Below, one piece after another: positions 18,914 to 28,668 of a stretch of 64,000 nt of DNA (the first letter of the stretch is position 1; the number at the start of each line of letters is the position of its first letter). A program made the position numbers and the translations under genes. The stretch spans positions 32,001 to 96,000 of IMG/VR virus record IMGVR_UViG_3300033066_001295; one strand, written 5' to 3'. Under the pieces are notes generated by a model. It was not told the DNA's origin. It was given only the letters and a program-made list of their open reading frames with translations, and ran no database searches. The stretch is from a virus (lineage: Duplodnaviria > Caudoviricetes).

Positions 18914-21058
18914 ATGATTATCGAAACGCTCGGTTCGGCCTCCGTTGAAGCCGGTGAAGGATTTGAATCTTCTGATTACACAGTGGACAATGCACTCGCC
19001 ATGCTTGTTCTTCGGGACAAAATTTATGTTCAGCCTCAGCTTGCAGTTGTTCGTGAAGTTATGAGCAACGCTCGTGACGCTAACCGAGAAAATGGCAAAG
19101 CAAAAGTCCCAATTGAGGTTTTCATTGACGAATCAAACCCTGTCTTGATCATCAAGGACAGTGGTATCGGGATCAGCCCTGAACGTCTGAAGTTTTTCAC
19201 GAGATATGGGGGTTCAACCAAGCGCAATGACAACACACAGACAGGCGGATGGGGTCTTGGGTGCAAAAGCCCATTCGCTGTCTCTGACCAGTTCACTGTA
19301 AACACAGTTTGGGCGGATGAAAAAGGTAAGCACCAAGCAACCTACCTGATGTTCATCAATGACAGCAGCTTGAGTTCCCTATCAACTCTGAGCAAAAAGG
19401 ATGTTTCTGACAAAACACCGACCGGCACAGAAATTCATGTCCCTATTCAGCAGGATGATGTGAGACTATTCCGCAGGTATGCTGAAAGTGTTTCCAAATT
19501 TTGGGGTCACCCTTTGGTGAAGGATTCTGTCATGCCCATTCTTCACTGGGCAGCTTTGAAGCCCGTGTACCCTGAAGTTGTTGAAGGGCACAATTACTGT
19601 GAAGGCGAAGGTGTTGTCATTGACGGAATCCATTATGACTTCGACACGGACAAGTTTCTTGAGTTTCCAACCAACTTGAAAAAGGTTGCCAGCAAACTCA
19701 TTTATTTCTTCAATACAGGTGAGATTGATGTCAACCCTACCCGCGAAGACATCAACTACCAGTCTGCCAAGACTTTTGATGCCATCTACTCTAGCGTCAC
19801 CCAAGCTAAGGATGAGATCAAAGCTGAGGTGATGAAAAAGCTCGAAGAATTTAAGGACACCCCTTTGCTCGCAGCCATGTGTCTGTCACAGATGGACGGA
19901 AGACTCAAGATTGTGGCGAGTGAAGTGATGCAGGAGCTTAATCTGCCGTCACTGGATGCCAATATAACAATGGATGATCTGGAACTTTCTGATGAGTTCA
20001 AGATTGTGTCACACAGCACCCTTGTTCCCCTCATGAGCTACCGCAACAAAGCTTTGTCGGTTGATATGAGGGTATGCACAAGAAGCAATTTCAAGCTTGA
20101 GAATGTAGTCTCTGATGATGTAGCCTTGGTGCTTCGAGACCTGAGTGGATCGAAGATCAACACCTATATCCGTGGGGCACTCACCCAGTTTAAGACTGTG
20201 GTCTTGATTCCTACTACCCCAGAGAAAAGTAGCATTGTGGACGGTAAGCCAGTTGTGGTGCCGTCTGACATGGCCAAGATAAAGGACATTATCAGTAAGA
20301 CTACAGGCCTAAAGGACCTGAAACTCTATCTCCTGTCCTCCTTTCAGAAGACTTCACCACCTGTTCACCTGAAAAAGAGAAGCAAGGCTGCCCCAAAGGA
20401 ATTTTTACGGGATGCCAAGAGGGGTATGTCTCTCACTGAACGTGTAGTCACTACCAAGCGTGGTGGAGTGATGGTTGTTTGCCGTTATGGAAATGGATAT
20501 ATCTATGACAAAACTTTTGCAGAAAGCAGGGACAAGCTAAAAGATGCCCCAGACTCAGGGTATAAGTATAACGCTGAAAATCTGCCTGATGATGTGCCTG
20601 TTTATGGTGTCTTGCCGAAGTGTGTGAAATTCCTCAGTGAAGATTGGATCACTCCTTCTGATTTCAGAAAGAAAGCCTACGACAGGAAAAAGTCTCAAAG
20701 CATTGAAAAGGTCATGGCCTTTGAGAAGCTGGATTTCATGCAGTCACTTGACTTGAAAGTCAATTCTTTGAGAGTGTTTGCCAACAAACTGGGTCCGAGC
20801 AAGCTTAGAACTTTCATTCTTGAAGTGTTGGATACCCCTTATGTCAAAATACATGGTAAGGTGGAAGTAGATTATAACGACGAAAACCGTGTTAAAGATC
20901 ACCGGTCATACACTCAAACAGAAGTTGAAGAAGCAGCATATAAGCTGAAGGAGGACATTCTCAAAACTTACCCGTTGCTGAGAGCCTCTCACCCATCGCT
21001 GAACAGGTCCACACTCGAAAAGGAAATCATTCTCTACGTCAGGTCAAAAAAAGCTTGA
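18914..21058 (+). CDS. rIIA: rIIA-like protein (N-terminal GHKL/Hsp90-type ATPase)
   Basis: REVMSNARDA, IKDSGIGIS, STK...GGWGLGCKSPF, GTEI, INPTRE-like motif; followed by rIIB. Confidence 0.85.
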   Translation: MIIETLGSASVEAGEGFESSDYTVDNALAMLVLRDKIYVQPQLAVVREVMSNARDANRENGKAKVPIEVFIDESNPVLIIKDSGIGISPERLKFFTRYGGSTKRNDNTQTGGWGLGCKSPFAVSDQFTVNTVWADEKGKHQATYLMFINDSSLSSLSTLSKKDVSDKTPTGTEIHVPIQQDDVRLFRRYAESVSKFWGHPLVKDSVMPILHWAALKPVYPEVVEGHNYCEGEGVVIDGIHYDFDTDKFLEFPTNLKKVASKLIYFFNTGEIDVNPTREDINYQSAKTFDAIYSSVTQAKDEIKAEVMKKLEEFKDTPLLAAMCLSQMDGRLKIVASEVMQELNLPSLDANITMDDLELSDEFKIVSHSTLVPLMSYRNKALSVDMRVCTRSNFKLENVVSDDVALVLRDLSGSKINTYIRGALTQFKTVVLIPTTPEKSSIVDGKPVVVPSDMAKIKDIISKTTGLKDLKLYLLSSFQKTSPPVHLKKRSKAAPKEFLRDAKRGMSLTERVVTTKRGGVMVVCRYGNGYIYDKTFAESRDKLKDAPDSGYKYNAENLPDDVPVYGVLPKCVKFLSEDWITPSDFRKKAYDRKKSQSIEKVMAFEKLDFMQSLDLKVNSLRVFANKLGPSKLRTFILEVLDTPYVKIHGKVEVDYNDENRVKDHRSYTQTEVEEAAYKLKEDILKTYPLLRASHPSLNRSTLEKEIILYVRSKKA

Positions 21059-21096
21059 CCATATAACAAAATTCAGTTAATTACAACCCAACATCT

Positions 21097-22179
21097 ATGA
21101 AATACGTCCAGCATATCAAAACTCCTCGCGGCCTCACTATTGTTGCCGTTGATGGCAAAAAAGACGTGGTGAAAACTTTTGAGGCATCCTCAAATGAGTA
21201 TGCCAAGGGCATTGAATTCATCCGTCAAAAGAAGCTGAACAAGCTAGTCGAACTGCTCGTACCGAAGAAGGCACCTGCTGGAGTGAGGGTGGACAAGGAC
21301 GTGGTCTGGTTCAACGGTGAAGAACTGCCGCCTGCTCTCGCAACCAAAGCAAGACAGTTTATCGAAACAGGCACGCCTATTGCCTCATTGAAAGCCTTCT
21401 GGGAACGCTGCAAGAAGAACCCAACTGAGTACAGCCGTCAGTCATTCTATGACTTTGTCGGCAAACACGGGGTAACCATCTTGCCAGATGGGCGTGTCCT
21501 TCTCTACAAGGGTGTCAGAAATGACATGAAAAGCCACTATGATGGGACCACACTCCACACGTTTGGTGTTCCGGTCAAAGTTGACCGTAAGAGGTGTGCT
21601 TCTACCCCACATGATGCTTGTGGTTTCGGTCTTCATTGTGCTCCGTTTGAGTATGTCAAAAACTACTACAGCAGTGGTATCATTATTGAGGTGGTTGTCG
21701 ATCCAGAGCATGTCACCTCTGTGCCAGCCAATGAGCAGAAACTTCGGTGCTGTGAGTATCTGCCGAACTGTATGGCTGACAAAAAGGGTGTTGGTATCAA
21801 AACCGGCTTGGTAACCACAACCAAAAAGGTGACCAAGAAGGCTCCTGAAAAGCCAACTTCCAAGAAGTACACCGTGATTCCATTCCTTGAATCAATCACC
21901 ATTGTCGGGTCACTGATGACTCGTGCAGGGTTCTCCCCGAAACAGAACGTCAAGGTGTGGTCTGGACGTGACAGGGTTATCATCGCACCTGCCTCTATTG
22001 AGGATGATGAGGTAGCTAAGCGTTACAAGGTGAAAGACCCTGTCTTAGCGACCACCAAGGAGTCATGCAGTCTTCGCATCCGGGCACTCATCATGGGCAA
22101 GCACCTTGGTGTGGACCGTAAAGGCCAGTTCAAAGCAACAGTTCTCGAACAGAATGCCATCGCCATCTACAAAAACTAA
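21097..22179 (+). CDS. rIIB: rIIB-like protein
   Basis: NPT...FYDF, ILPDGRVLLYKGV, CGFGLH, VVVDPEHVTSVP, KLRCCEY. Confidence 0.88.
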   Translation: MKYVQHIKTPRGLTIVAVDGKKDVVKTFEASSNEYAKGIEFIRQKKLNKLVELLVPKKAPAGVRVDKDVVWFNGEELPPALATKARQFIETGTPIASLKAFWERCKKNPTEYSRQSFYDFVGKHGVTILPDGRVLLYKGVRNDMKSHYDGTTLHTFGVPVKVDRKRCASTPHDACGFGLHCAPFEYVKNYYSSGIIIEVVVDPEHVTSVPANEQKLRCCEYLPNCMADKKGVGIKTGLVTTTKKVTKKAPEKPTSKKYTVIPFLESITIVGSLMTRAGFSPKQNVKVWSGRDRVIIAPASIEDDEVAKRYKVKDPVLATTKESCSLRIRALIMGKHLGVDRKGQFKATVLEQNAIAIYKN

Positions 22180-23339
22180 TGACGGCTACCCAGCATTCTG
22201 TTATATCCAACATCAAAAAGGCTAAGAAGCCAGAGGACTTGTTTGGTCCAATCTCAACCGACGTATCCAAGCAACAGGAGACGCTGGAGAAGATCAAGCA
22301 AGTCTTCTGGAAGATGTCGAAGGTGATTCACCCTGACATCTACAAGGCCAAGGATGCTTCTGAGCTTTTTGACAAGCTTAACAAGCTCAGAGGCGAGGCT
22401 GAAAAGAAATGCACAGGTGAGAAGGACCCGTTGTACAACAACAACGGTGTTCTAGTTAAGCCAGTTGAGTTCAAAAGCCGACACCTCACCTACAGCCTGC
22501 TCAGAAGGTTGGCAAATGGAGGCACGTGTGGCATCTTTGAGGGCATAGCCAAGGACAGGCTCAATAACACACTGAATGTCATTGCTAGGGCAGCTAAAAG
22601 CTCGAAAGACAATGACTTGATGGAGAGAGAGGCAAAGGCTTTTGACATCATCAACAAAAAGCTGAAGGAGATCAGCCAGTGGGAAGAAGGAAAAAAAGCT
22701 GCTGAGCGTTTCTCGTGGAAAATCCCCTATTTTGTTGAGTCGGTCAAAATAAAGGAGCCTCACTCAGACAAGCTCAAGGTGGTGAACATCTTCTCCAGAC
22801 TTGATGAGTATAAGTCTGGGTGGTATTCACTTGAAGAGATTCACGCTCAGTATCCGAAGGGTGTTGATATGAGGATCGCTGCCTTCATTTTCAACAGAGT
22901 GCTTGAAGCTCTTACCCTTTCCCATAGCTGTGGTGTTATACACGGTGCTGTTACACCAAACCATATCCTAGTTCATGCTGAAACCCATGTTGGTAACTTA
23001 ATTGACTGGACATCTTCCTGCCATAGTGGTATAATAACAGTGCCATTCATGGACAAAAGATACACAGACTTTTTCGCCCCGGAAACACTCAATACCAAGG
23101 TGGCTTTTGCCTCCAGTGACATCTACATGGCAGCCAAGTGCATGGTGTACTTGATCGGTGAGGATCATGTCTGGACTCCTAAAGAGGAGCCAGTTCGCAA
23201 GGTTCTTAACCTTTGCCTTCAACCAAACAGAGCTTTGCGGCCAACAGCCGAGCAAGCTTATGAAAAATTTCGACAGGCTCTCAGAGACACATTCGGTGCC
23301 CCTAAGTTTGTCGAGTTAACAATGACCCAAAAGGTCTAA
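22179..23339 (+). CDS. J-domain fused to a Ser/Thr-kinase-like (probably pseudokinase) domain
   Basis: SKVIHPD J-motif; ANGGTCG loop; catalytic loop IHGAVTPNHIL lacking the HRD Asp; IDW, APE, SDIY. Confidence 0.75.
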   Translation: MTATQHSVISNIKKAKKPEDLFGPISTDVSKQQETLEKIKQVFWKMSKVIHPDIYKAKDASELFDKLNKLRGEAEKKCTGEKDPLYNNNGVLVKPVEFKSRHLTYSLLRRLANGGTCGIFEGIAKDRLNNTLNVIARAAKSSKDNDLMEREAKAFDIINKKLKEISQWEEGKKAAERFSWKIPYFVESVKIKEPHSDKLKVVNIFSRLDEYKSGWYSLEEIHAQYPKGVDMRIAAFIFNRVLEALTLSHSCGVIHGAVTPNHILVHAETHVGNLIDWTSSCHSGIITVPFMDKRYTDFFAPETLNTKVAFASSDIYMAAKCMVYLIGEDHVWTPKEEPVRKVLNLCLQPNRALRPTAEQAYEKFRQALRDTFGAPKFVELTMTQKV

Positions 23340-23356
23340 CCAAACACACACAACAT

Positions 23357-24394
23357 ATGGGATATTCACCTCCTAGCACAGTTGACTACAGCAAAGCTGC
23401 TGCTCAACTCAAACAGTCAGGTCAGTCGTTTGCCCGCTCTACAACAGCGGCAGCAACTGGCAACTACAGCAACATTGCTGACATCCTGAATCCGCGCAAA
23501 CTCAAGAACGGTCTCCGTGAATCGTGCTTTGCCAAGGGATTCAATGATGCAACACCAATCATCATCGCCCTTGATGGCACAGGCTCAATGGGTGCTGTTC
23601 CCGGAATCGTTCAGGACCAGCTTCCAAAGTTGATCGAACTGCTCGTTGAGCAAGGTGTCAGTGACCATCCAAACGTGATGTTCATGTGCTTTGATGACGA
23701 GCACGCCTGCCCTCCAGACGCCGTGTTCCAGATGTCTCAATTCGAGATCGGGGCAAAAGAGCTTGTCACCTCTCTCAATGAGATGATCATCCCCGGCAAT
23801 GGTGGTGGTAACAGTGGGGAAGCTTATCACCTCCCCATCTACGCCGCAGCCAATCACACAAAACTTGAGTGTTTTGAGCAGAATGGTCAGAAGGGCTTTT
23901 TCTTCCTCATCTGTGACGAAGAGCCTTACTACTACGCTGGCGACCCATCGGTTCATGGAACCAGCCCAGCTATCGCCAAGGAAGTGTTCGGTGACACACT
24001 GGAGAAGGAAGTGTCCATGCTCGACAGCCTCAAGAAGCTGGCTGAACGGTACCACGTCTTCTGCCTCCGTCCTGAACACACTTCGCACGGCAGGGACAAT
24101 GAGATCAAGAAGCTCTGGCAGAAGCTTTTCCGGGATGCCGGTGAAGACCCAGAACGTGTGATCAACGTCGGTGAGACTGAAGCTCTCATTTCAACCATGG
24201 CCATGACCATCGGTCGTCTGGCTGGCATTGATCGTTCACAGCTTGTGGACGTGCTCAAAGCCAAGGGTGCGGCAGGCGTTGACTCGGCTGACATTGCCAC
24301 TCTCGCTATCAGACCGGGTGAAGCCTTGGTCTCAGTTGGAGCCACCTCCAGTTCTCTGGTGGAAGGCGAAGACACCGGTCGTGACCGGTCGTAA
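23357..24394 (+). CDS. vWA-domain protein
   Basis: MIDAS motif LDGTGSM, GGGNSGEAY, ICDE. Confidence 0.85.
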   Translation: MGYSPPSTVDYSKAAAQLKQSGQSFARSTTAAATGNYSNIADILNPRKLKNGLRESCFAKGFNDATPIIIALDGTGSMGAVPGIVQDQLPKLIELLVEQGVSDHPNVMFMCFDDEHACPPDAVFQMSQFEIGAKELVTSLNEMIIPGNGGGNSGEAYHLPIYAAANHTKLECFEQNGQKGFFFLICDEEPYYYAGDPSVHGTSPAIAKEVFGDTLEKEVSMLDSLKKLAERYHVFCLRPEHTSHGRDNEIKKLWQKLFRDAGEDPERVINVGETEALISTMAMTIGRLAGIDRSQLVDVLKAKGAAGVDSADIATLAIRPGEALVSVGATSSSLVEGEDTGRDRS

Positions 24395-24446
24395 TTGACC
24401 AAACCCTTACGGCGGAGAGGAGTGTAAGCTCCCTCCGCTTCCCAAA

Positions 24447-24650
24447 ATGAAACCTCCTCAAAGCAGATATGACCTGATTCCTGAACTTCCTGAGAATGGA
24501 AGTTTCTTCCAACACTTTCCCGGTGTTTACTGCCAGAAGTGCGGGAGGGACTTTGCTTTGTACTCCTACAGTGTGTTCAAGCCTGATGGGGTTGATGAGA
24601 ACAAGAAACCATTTTATACCCGATGCTCCTTGTGTAGTCAGGGACGCTAA
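24447..24650 (+). CDS. Small Zn-ribbon protein
   Basis: CQKC...CSLC. Confidence 0.55.
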   Translation: MKPPQSRYDLIPELPENGSFFQHFPGVYCQKCGRDFALYSYSVFKPDGVDENKKPFYTRCSLCSQGR

Positions 24651-24653
24651 TCT

Positions 24654-25970
24654 ATGTCACAGGCAAAAATCATTGTTGGATTAGGTTATGGAGACGAAGG
24701 CAAGGGCACTGTCGCTGATTATCTTTGTAAGGCAGAGGGTAGATCACTGGTGGTGAGATATAACGGCGGGTCACAAGCTGCCCACAATGTGGTTACTGAT
24801 GATGGTAGGCATCACACTTTCTCTCAGATTGGCAGTGGCACCTTTCAAGGGGCAGGAACTCTCCTGTCTCGTTATATGATGGTGGACCCGATAAGTCTTG
24901 CCATTGAAGCTATCAGGCTTTCACCCAAGCTCAGCTTACACGCTCTTAGCCATCATTATGTTGATGCTCGCGCCCCTGTTATAACACCATTCCATGGGGC
25001 TGCCAACAGGGTTAAAGAGTGGCTTAGAAAGTCAAAGCATGGCTCATGTGGTATGGGTATCGGTGAACTTGCTGAAGACCTTCTCTATAACCCAATGGAG
25101 GTGATACGTGTAGGTGACCTAGCACGAGGTTGTTCTGACACTTTGAAGAAGATTCAGGCAAGAAAACGTGCCCTCTTTGGCTCTATTGAACTAGGTTCTG
25201 TAGATGAAACCATCAAGGACTCAATAACCACTCTGCTCGATCCAAGAGTTATAACAGAAATAGACTCGTCCTTCAGAAGTATAAGTGAAGAACTCAATAT
25301 TCTGAATGAGGACCAAGTAAATGACTTGCTGAAGAAGAATAGCCTTCTGTTCGAGGGTGCTCAGGGGGTTGGCTTGGATGAGTGGCATGGCTTCCACCCC
25401 TACACAACATGGTCAACTACGACTCAGTTTAATGCCCTGAAGGTTCTTGAGGAAGCTGGCATCAAAGACTTTGAGACAGTTGGCATTCTAAGGTCCTACT
25501 CAACAAGGCACGGTGCTGGTCCTTTTGTTACAGAGGATGCATCAATGTCATCCATATCACCTAAAGAGCACAATCGCAAAGGACTCTATCAAGGGTCATT
25601 TCGTTCAGGACCTTTTGATGCTGTTCTTACCCGATATACCTCTGGGTGTGTGAACAAAATATCACCTCTCACAGGTGTGGCTGTCACTCACATGGACCTG
25701 TTTGAAGCTGCTGGTAGAAAATACTGCGACAGCTATGTGAGTAAGGACGATTGGCCATATCACCTGAAGCCAAGGTTCGATAAAAACTTGGATGCCCAAG
25801 AAAAGATGGGTGCTGATGTGTCTAGTTGCTCACCACTTCTTGCTGAAGCTGGAAGTTCTGACGAATTTCTTGGCTATGTCGGCAAGTGGTGTCACGCTCC
25901 AGTAAGTATCATTTCATGTGGCCCAGCCACAGCAGACAAAGTAATAACAGAATGCAGGGTGAAAAAGTGA
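24654..25970 (+). CDS. Divergent adenylosuccinate-synthetase-family ligase
   Basis: GLGYGDEGKG, RYNGGSQAAH, FEGAQG, HPYTT, TRHGAGPF; the PurA TTGR loop is absent. Confidence 0.85.
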   Translation: MSQAKIIVGLGYGDEGKGTVADYLCKAEGRSLVVRYNGGSQAAHNVVTDDGRHHTFSQIGSGTFQGAGTLLSRYMMVDPISLAIEAIRLSPKLSLHALSHHYVDARAPVITPFHGAANRVKEWLRKSKHGSCGMGIGELAEDLLYNPMEVIRVGDLARGCSDTLKKIQARKRALFGSIELGSVDETIKDSITTLLDPRVITEIDSSFRSISEELNILNEDQVNDLLKKNSLLFEGAQGVGLDEWHGFHPYTTWSTTTQFNALKVLEEAGIKDFETVGILRSYSTRHGAGPFVTEDASMSSISPKEHNRKGLYQGSFRSGPFDAVLTRYTSGCVNKISPLTGVAVTHMDLFEAAGRKYCDSYVSKDDWPYHLKPRFDKNLDAQEKMGADVSSCSPLLAEAGSSDEFLGYVGKWCHAPVSIISCGPATADKVITECRVKK

Positions 25971-26099
25971 TCCAAAAGGCTGATACCGGTGAATACTGGT
26001 TGTCATCTAAACTGAAGTGGGTTAGTGATATAAAGGACGCAACAAAGTTTCCGTCCAAGTATGCCGCAAAGCAAGAAGCTTGGGCTATCATGAACCATC

Positions 26100-27101
26100 A
26101 TGTCAATGAACAACTCACCGTCGTCTCCGCAGATTAACCTTGCTGTCATAGACGCTCATAACCACCTTCACAAGTATCATCACAAGGTGCCTGAAGAGGC
26201 AACTCTCTGCTACTCATGGGGGTCAATGCTTTCGTCTCTGATAAGGGACCTTAACTTGAATGGGGCTGTTGCTGTCTTCGACCCATTGGTGAAGGAACCC
26301 AAACCGGGTAGAAAACCAACGCCGGAAAGAATAGCCCGAGACCAGCCCGATATTCAGCGCATCTGTGAGGCTGTAGGTATCCCGGCAATAAACCCTTCTG
26401 AGCTTCTTGAAGAAGGTGACCAGTTGGTTGCGGACATTTGTTATAACCTTCCTTTTGAGAAGTTTGAGCGGATGTGGGGGGAACATACACTCAACGTCTA
26501 TATTGTATCATCAGACAAGGATTTCGCTCAGCTTGTTACAACCGAAAAGATTGGTAATTGCTCACTCAACGTACGTCTTGTCAGAAGGGAGGATGAAAGC
26601 TGGAAGATTTATGACGAGCCAAGGGTGCTAAGCAAGTGGGGGGTGAGACCAGACCAAATAGTTGATTATCTGACATTGGTTGGTGATTCAACAGACGGCA
26701 TTCCGGGAGTGAAGGGGATAGGTGAGAAAACAGCAGCAGCCATCCTTACAGTGTATGGCTCCATTCAGAACTTGCTGCTCAAGTCATCCGGCCTTTCAGC
26801 AGACGATTTCATAGAAAAGTTCAGGAGTGGTGAGCTTGTGCTTAACCCAGTACCATCTTTTACACAAACAAACGCAAATAACATGTCATACTCATTGCCG
26901 TTTATAGCAGAACGCAGGGCGATGATCGAATTAACACCAAGAAGACTCCAGAGCTTCCCAAATTTGTTCGGCACAACGCCTAATATCACTAAAACCATGA
27001 TGTTGCTTGGCTCTTTTGGCCTGTCTGACATGGCGGCTAAGCTTGCAGAAGGTAGATTGTGGCGAAAAACACGTCAAATAACAGAAAAAAAGCCTGTTTG
27101 A
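26100..27101 (+). CDS. 5'-3' exonuclease / flap endonuclease (PolI N-terminal, T4 RNase H family)
   Basis: VIDAHN, SSDKDFAQL, LVGDSTDGIPGVKGIGEKTA. Confidence 0.9.
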   Translation: MSMNNSPSSPQINLAVIDAHNHLHKYHHKVPEEATLCYSWGSMLSSLIRDLNLNGAVAVFDPLVKEPKPGRKPTPERIARDQPDIQRICEAVGIPAINPSELLEEGDQLVADICYNLPFEKFERMWGEHTLNVYIVSSDKDFAQLVTTEKIGNCSLNVRLVRREDESWKIYDEPRVLSKWGVRPDQIVDYLTLVGDSTDGIPGVKGIGEKTAAAILTVYGSIQNLLLKSSGLSADDFIEKFRSGELVLNPVPSFTQTNANNMSYSLPFIAERRAMIELTPRRLQSFPNLFGTTPNITKTMMLLGSFGLSDMAAKLAEGRLWRKTRQITEKKPV

Positions 27102-27126
27102 CAACAGACTGACCTAGTGCTATAGT
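27098..27126 (+). promoter_or_regulatory. Early promoter TTGACA-N17-TATAGT with CTGAC spacer
   Basis: 7 nt before ATG 27134. Confidence 0.75.
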
Positions 27127-27133
27127 CCAAAAC

Positions 27134-27742
27134 ATGGAATATTACATTAATCCAGTGCTACTCATCCCAATTTACAAGGAGATTGCGGACAAATATCACA
27201 ACAAAATTCACAAACAGGTACGCAAGTATAACGGTTTGCCGTACACAACTCACACGGATGAGGTTGAATTGCTCGTTGCCTCTGTAGAGCCTAACAATGT
27301 TGTTGCTAGAGCAGCAGCCCACGGGCACGATCTGTATGAGGATGTCTTCCCCCTCCTGTCTAATGAGGACTTCAAGGGTAAAATGGAGCAGGAGGTGAAG
27401 CACTTCCTATCTCTTGAGCTTTTCCCAGAAATAAGGGCCACTGTGCGTAGAATCAATGATGTTATCATTGAGTTAAGCAACGAATTCACTCCTGAACGTC
27501 ACCCAGTCCTTAATCGCAACAAGCGAAAAGAGCTTGAACGTGAGAGACTGGCATCAGTTTCAGATGATGCACAAACTGTGAAGCTTGCTGACATCATCAG
27601 CAACACAAGTAAGATTTTTGAAGAAGACCCTGACTGGGCAAGAATCTACACTGGTGAGAAAAGAGAGGTTGTGCCCCGGTTAACACGTGGTAATAGAGTG
27701 TTACATGAGAGGGCAAAGAAGAATGTCGAAAGACGAAGCTAG
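27134..27742 (+). CDS. HD hydrolase, RelA/SpoT-hydrolase (Mesh1/small alarmone hydrolase)-like
   Basis: H..QVRKYNGLPYTTH, HDLYED, VKLADIISN. Confidence 0.82.
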   Translation: MEYYINPVLLIPIYKEIADKYHNKIHKQVRKYNGLPYTTHTDEVELLVASVEPNNVVARAAAHGHDLYEDVFPLLSNEDFKGKMEQEVKHFLSLELFPEIRATVRRINDVIIELSNEFTPERHPVLNRNKRKELERERLASVSDDAQTVKLADIISNTSKIFEEDPDWARIYTGEKREVVPRLTRGNRVLHERAKKNVERRS

Positions 27743-27902
27743 TTTTCTTGTTCAAACAGCAATCAAGGCTGTTGAACAGGCAGGATTTGTTGTGCTTGCT
27801 GACTTCCGTGATTCAAGCAAGGGCAACACCCTCGAACGGATCGACAAGAACACAGTCCATGCCGTGGAAAAGCCTGAACCTTTTTTCACTGAGGCTAGTT
27901 GA
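27723..27902 (+). CDS. Small hypothetical protein
   Basis: Overlaps the end of the HD gene. Confidence 0.45.
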   Translation: MSKDEASFLVQTAIKAVEQAGFVVLADFRDSSKGNTLERIDKNTVHAVEKPEPFFTEAS

Positions 27903-27975
27903 CAAGTAACCGTTATTAGCCTACATGTTACTGGTAGGTGGAGTTGTAAGAAAGACACTCCCCGTAACTATTAAC

Positions 27976-28668
27976 ATGCCAAGTGAGTTCATAAACCTTT
28001 TTGAATCCGGGCTGTCACGTGTGTGGCAAGCCTCAGAGAAGTTTGATATAGCCATGCTGACAGCGTGGCGAAACAGGATGATGAACTGTGTTAAGAAGGA
28101 TCACTGCACTGGTGAGGTCCTGACACGTGAGCAGAAGAACGAGAGGAATACCCATCTGAAGGCTGCTCTGCTCCAAAGAGGCTATGGTGTAACAAAAATC
28201 GACGGTAGCTACATTGAAGAGTACTCAACCTCGAATGAGAAAGAGTGTGCTGAGCAGTCATTCTTTGTTGTTAACCTGAACAACGATTTTTCATTTACCC
28301 ACGTCATAGCAAAGCTTGGTGCCGAATACTGCCAGTCTTCTGTCTTTCTCAAGCCTGTAGGTGATGCACCTTACCTTCTTGGAACAAACAATGAGGAGTG
28401 GCCCGGTTTGTGGAAAAAGATTGCGCTTCCTAACCTAAAAGTCGGATGGGATAGGGAGCCAGCCAAGGTTGATGGGAAAGAAATTCCCGGAAGACCAAGA
28501 GCTAGCTATATGGGCTACTCAAAAGTTGGGGGCAGGCCCTTCGGCTGGACAGAGAGCCTTGAGACCAAAAGCATCTTGCAGAACAACGCAAAGTCAGTTG
28601 TTGCCCTGTGGGGAATGAAAGTCCTTGAGAGTGCCGGTGTCAAAGATGCACCGTTTACAAAGCAATGA
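27976..28668 (+). CDS. Putative head-packaged protein with N-terminal FINLFE tag
   Basis: TAACTA-ttaac-ATG; MPSEFINLFE-SGLSRV; LTAWR, GSYIE, E.SFFV, YCQSSV motifs. Confidence 0.7.
   Translation: MPSEFINLFESGLSRVWQASEKFDIAMLTAWRNRMMNCVKKDHCTGEVLTREQKNERNTHLKAALLQRGYGVTKIDGSYIEEYSTSNEKECAEQSFFVVNLNNDFSFTHVIAKLGAEYCQSSVFLKPVGDAPYLLGTNNEEWPGLWKKIALPNLKVGWDREPAKVDGKEIPGRPRASYMGYSKVGGRPFGWTESLETKSILQNNAKSVVALWGMKVLESAGVKDAPFTKQ

Noticed and set aside
24412-24438. GC-rich hairpin after the vWA gene as a terminator
   Set aside because: The stem is real but has no U-tract and lies mid-operon; at most a stability or processing hairpin.
24654-25970. PurZ / 2-aminoadenine (Z-genome) pathway
   Set aside because: The enzyme retains GDEGKG (Asp) rather than the PurZ Ser. 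The nearby HD protein looks RelA/SpoT-like rather than DatZ-like, and no MazZ was seen.
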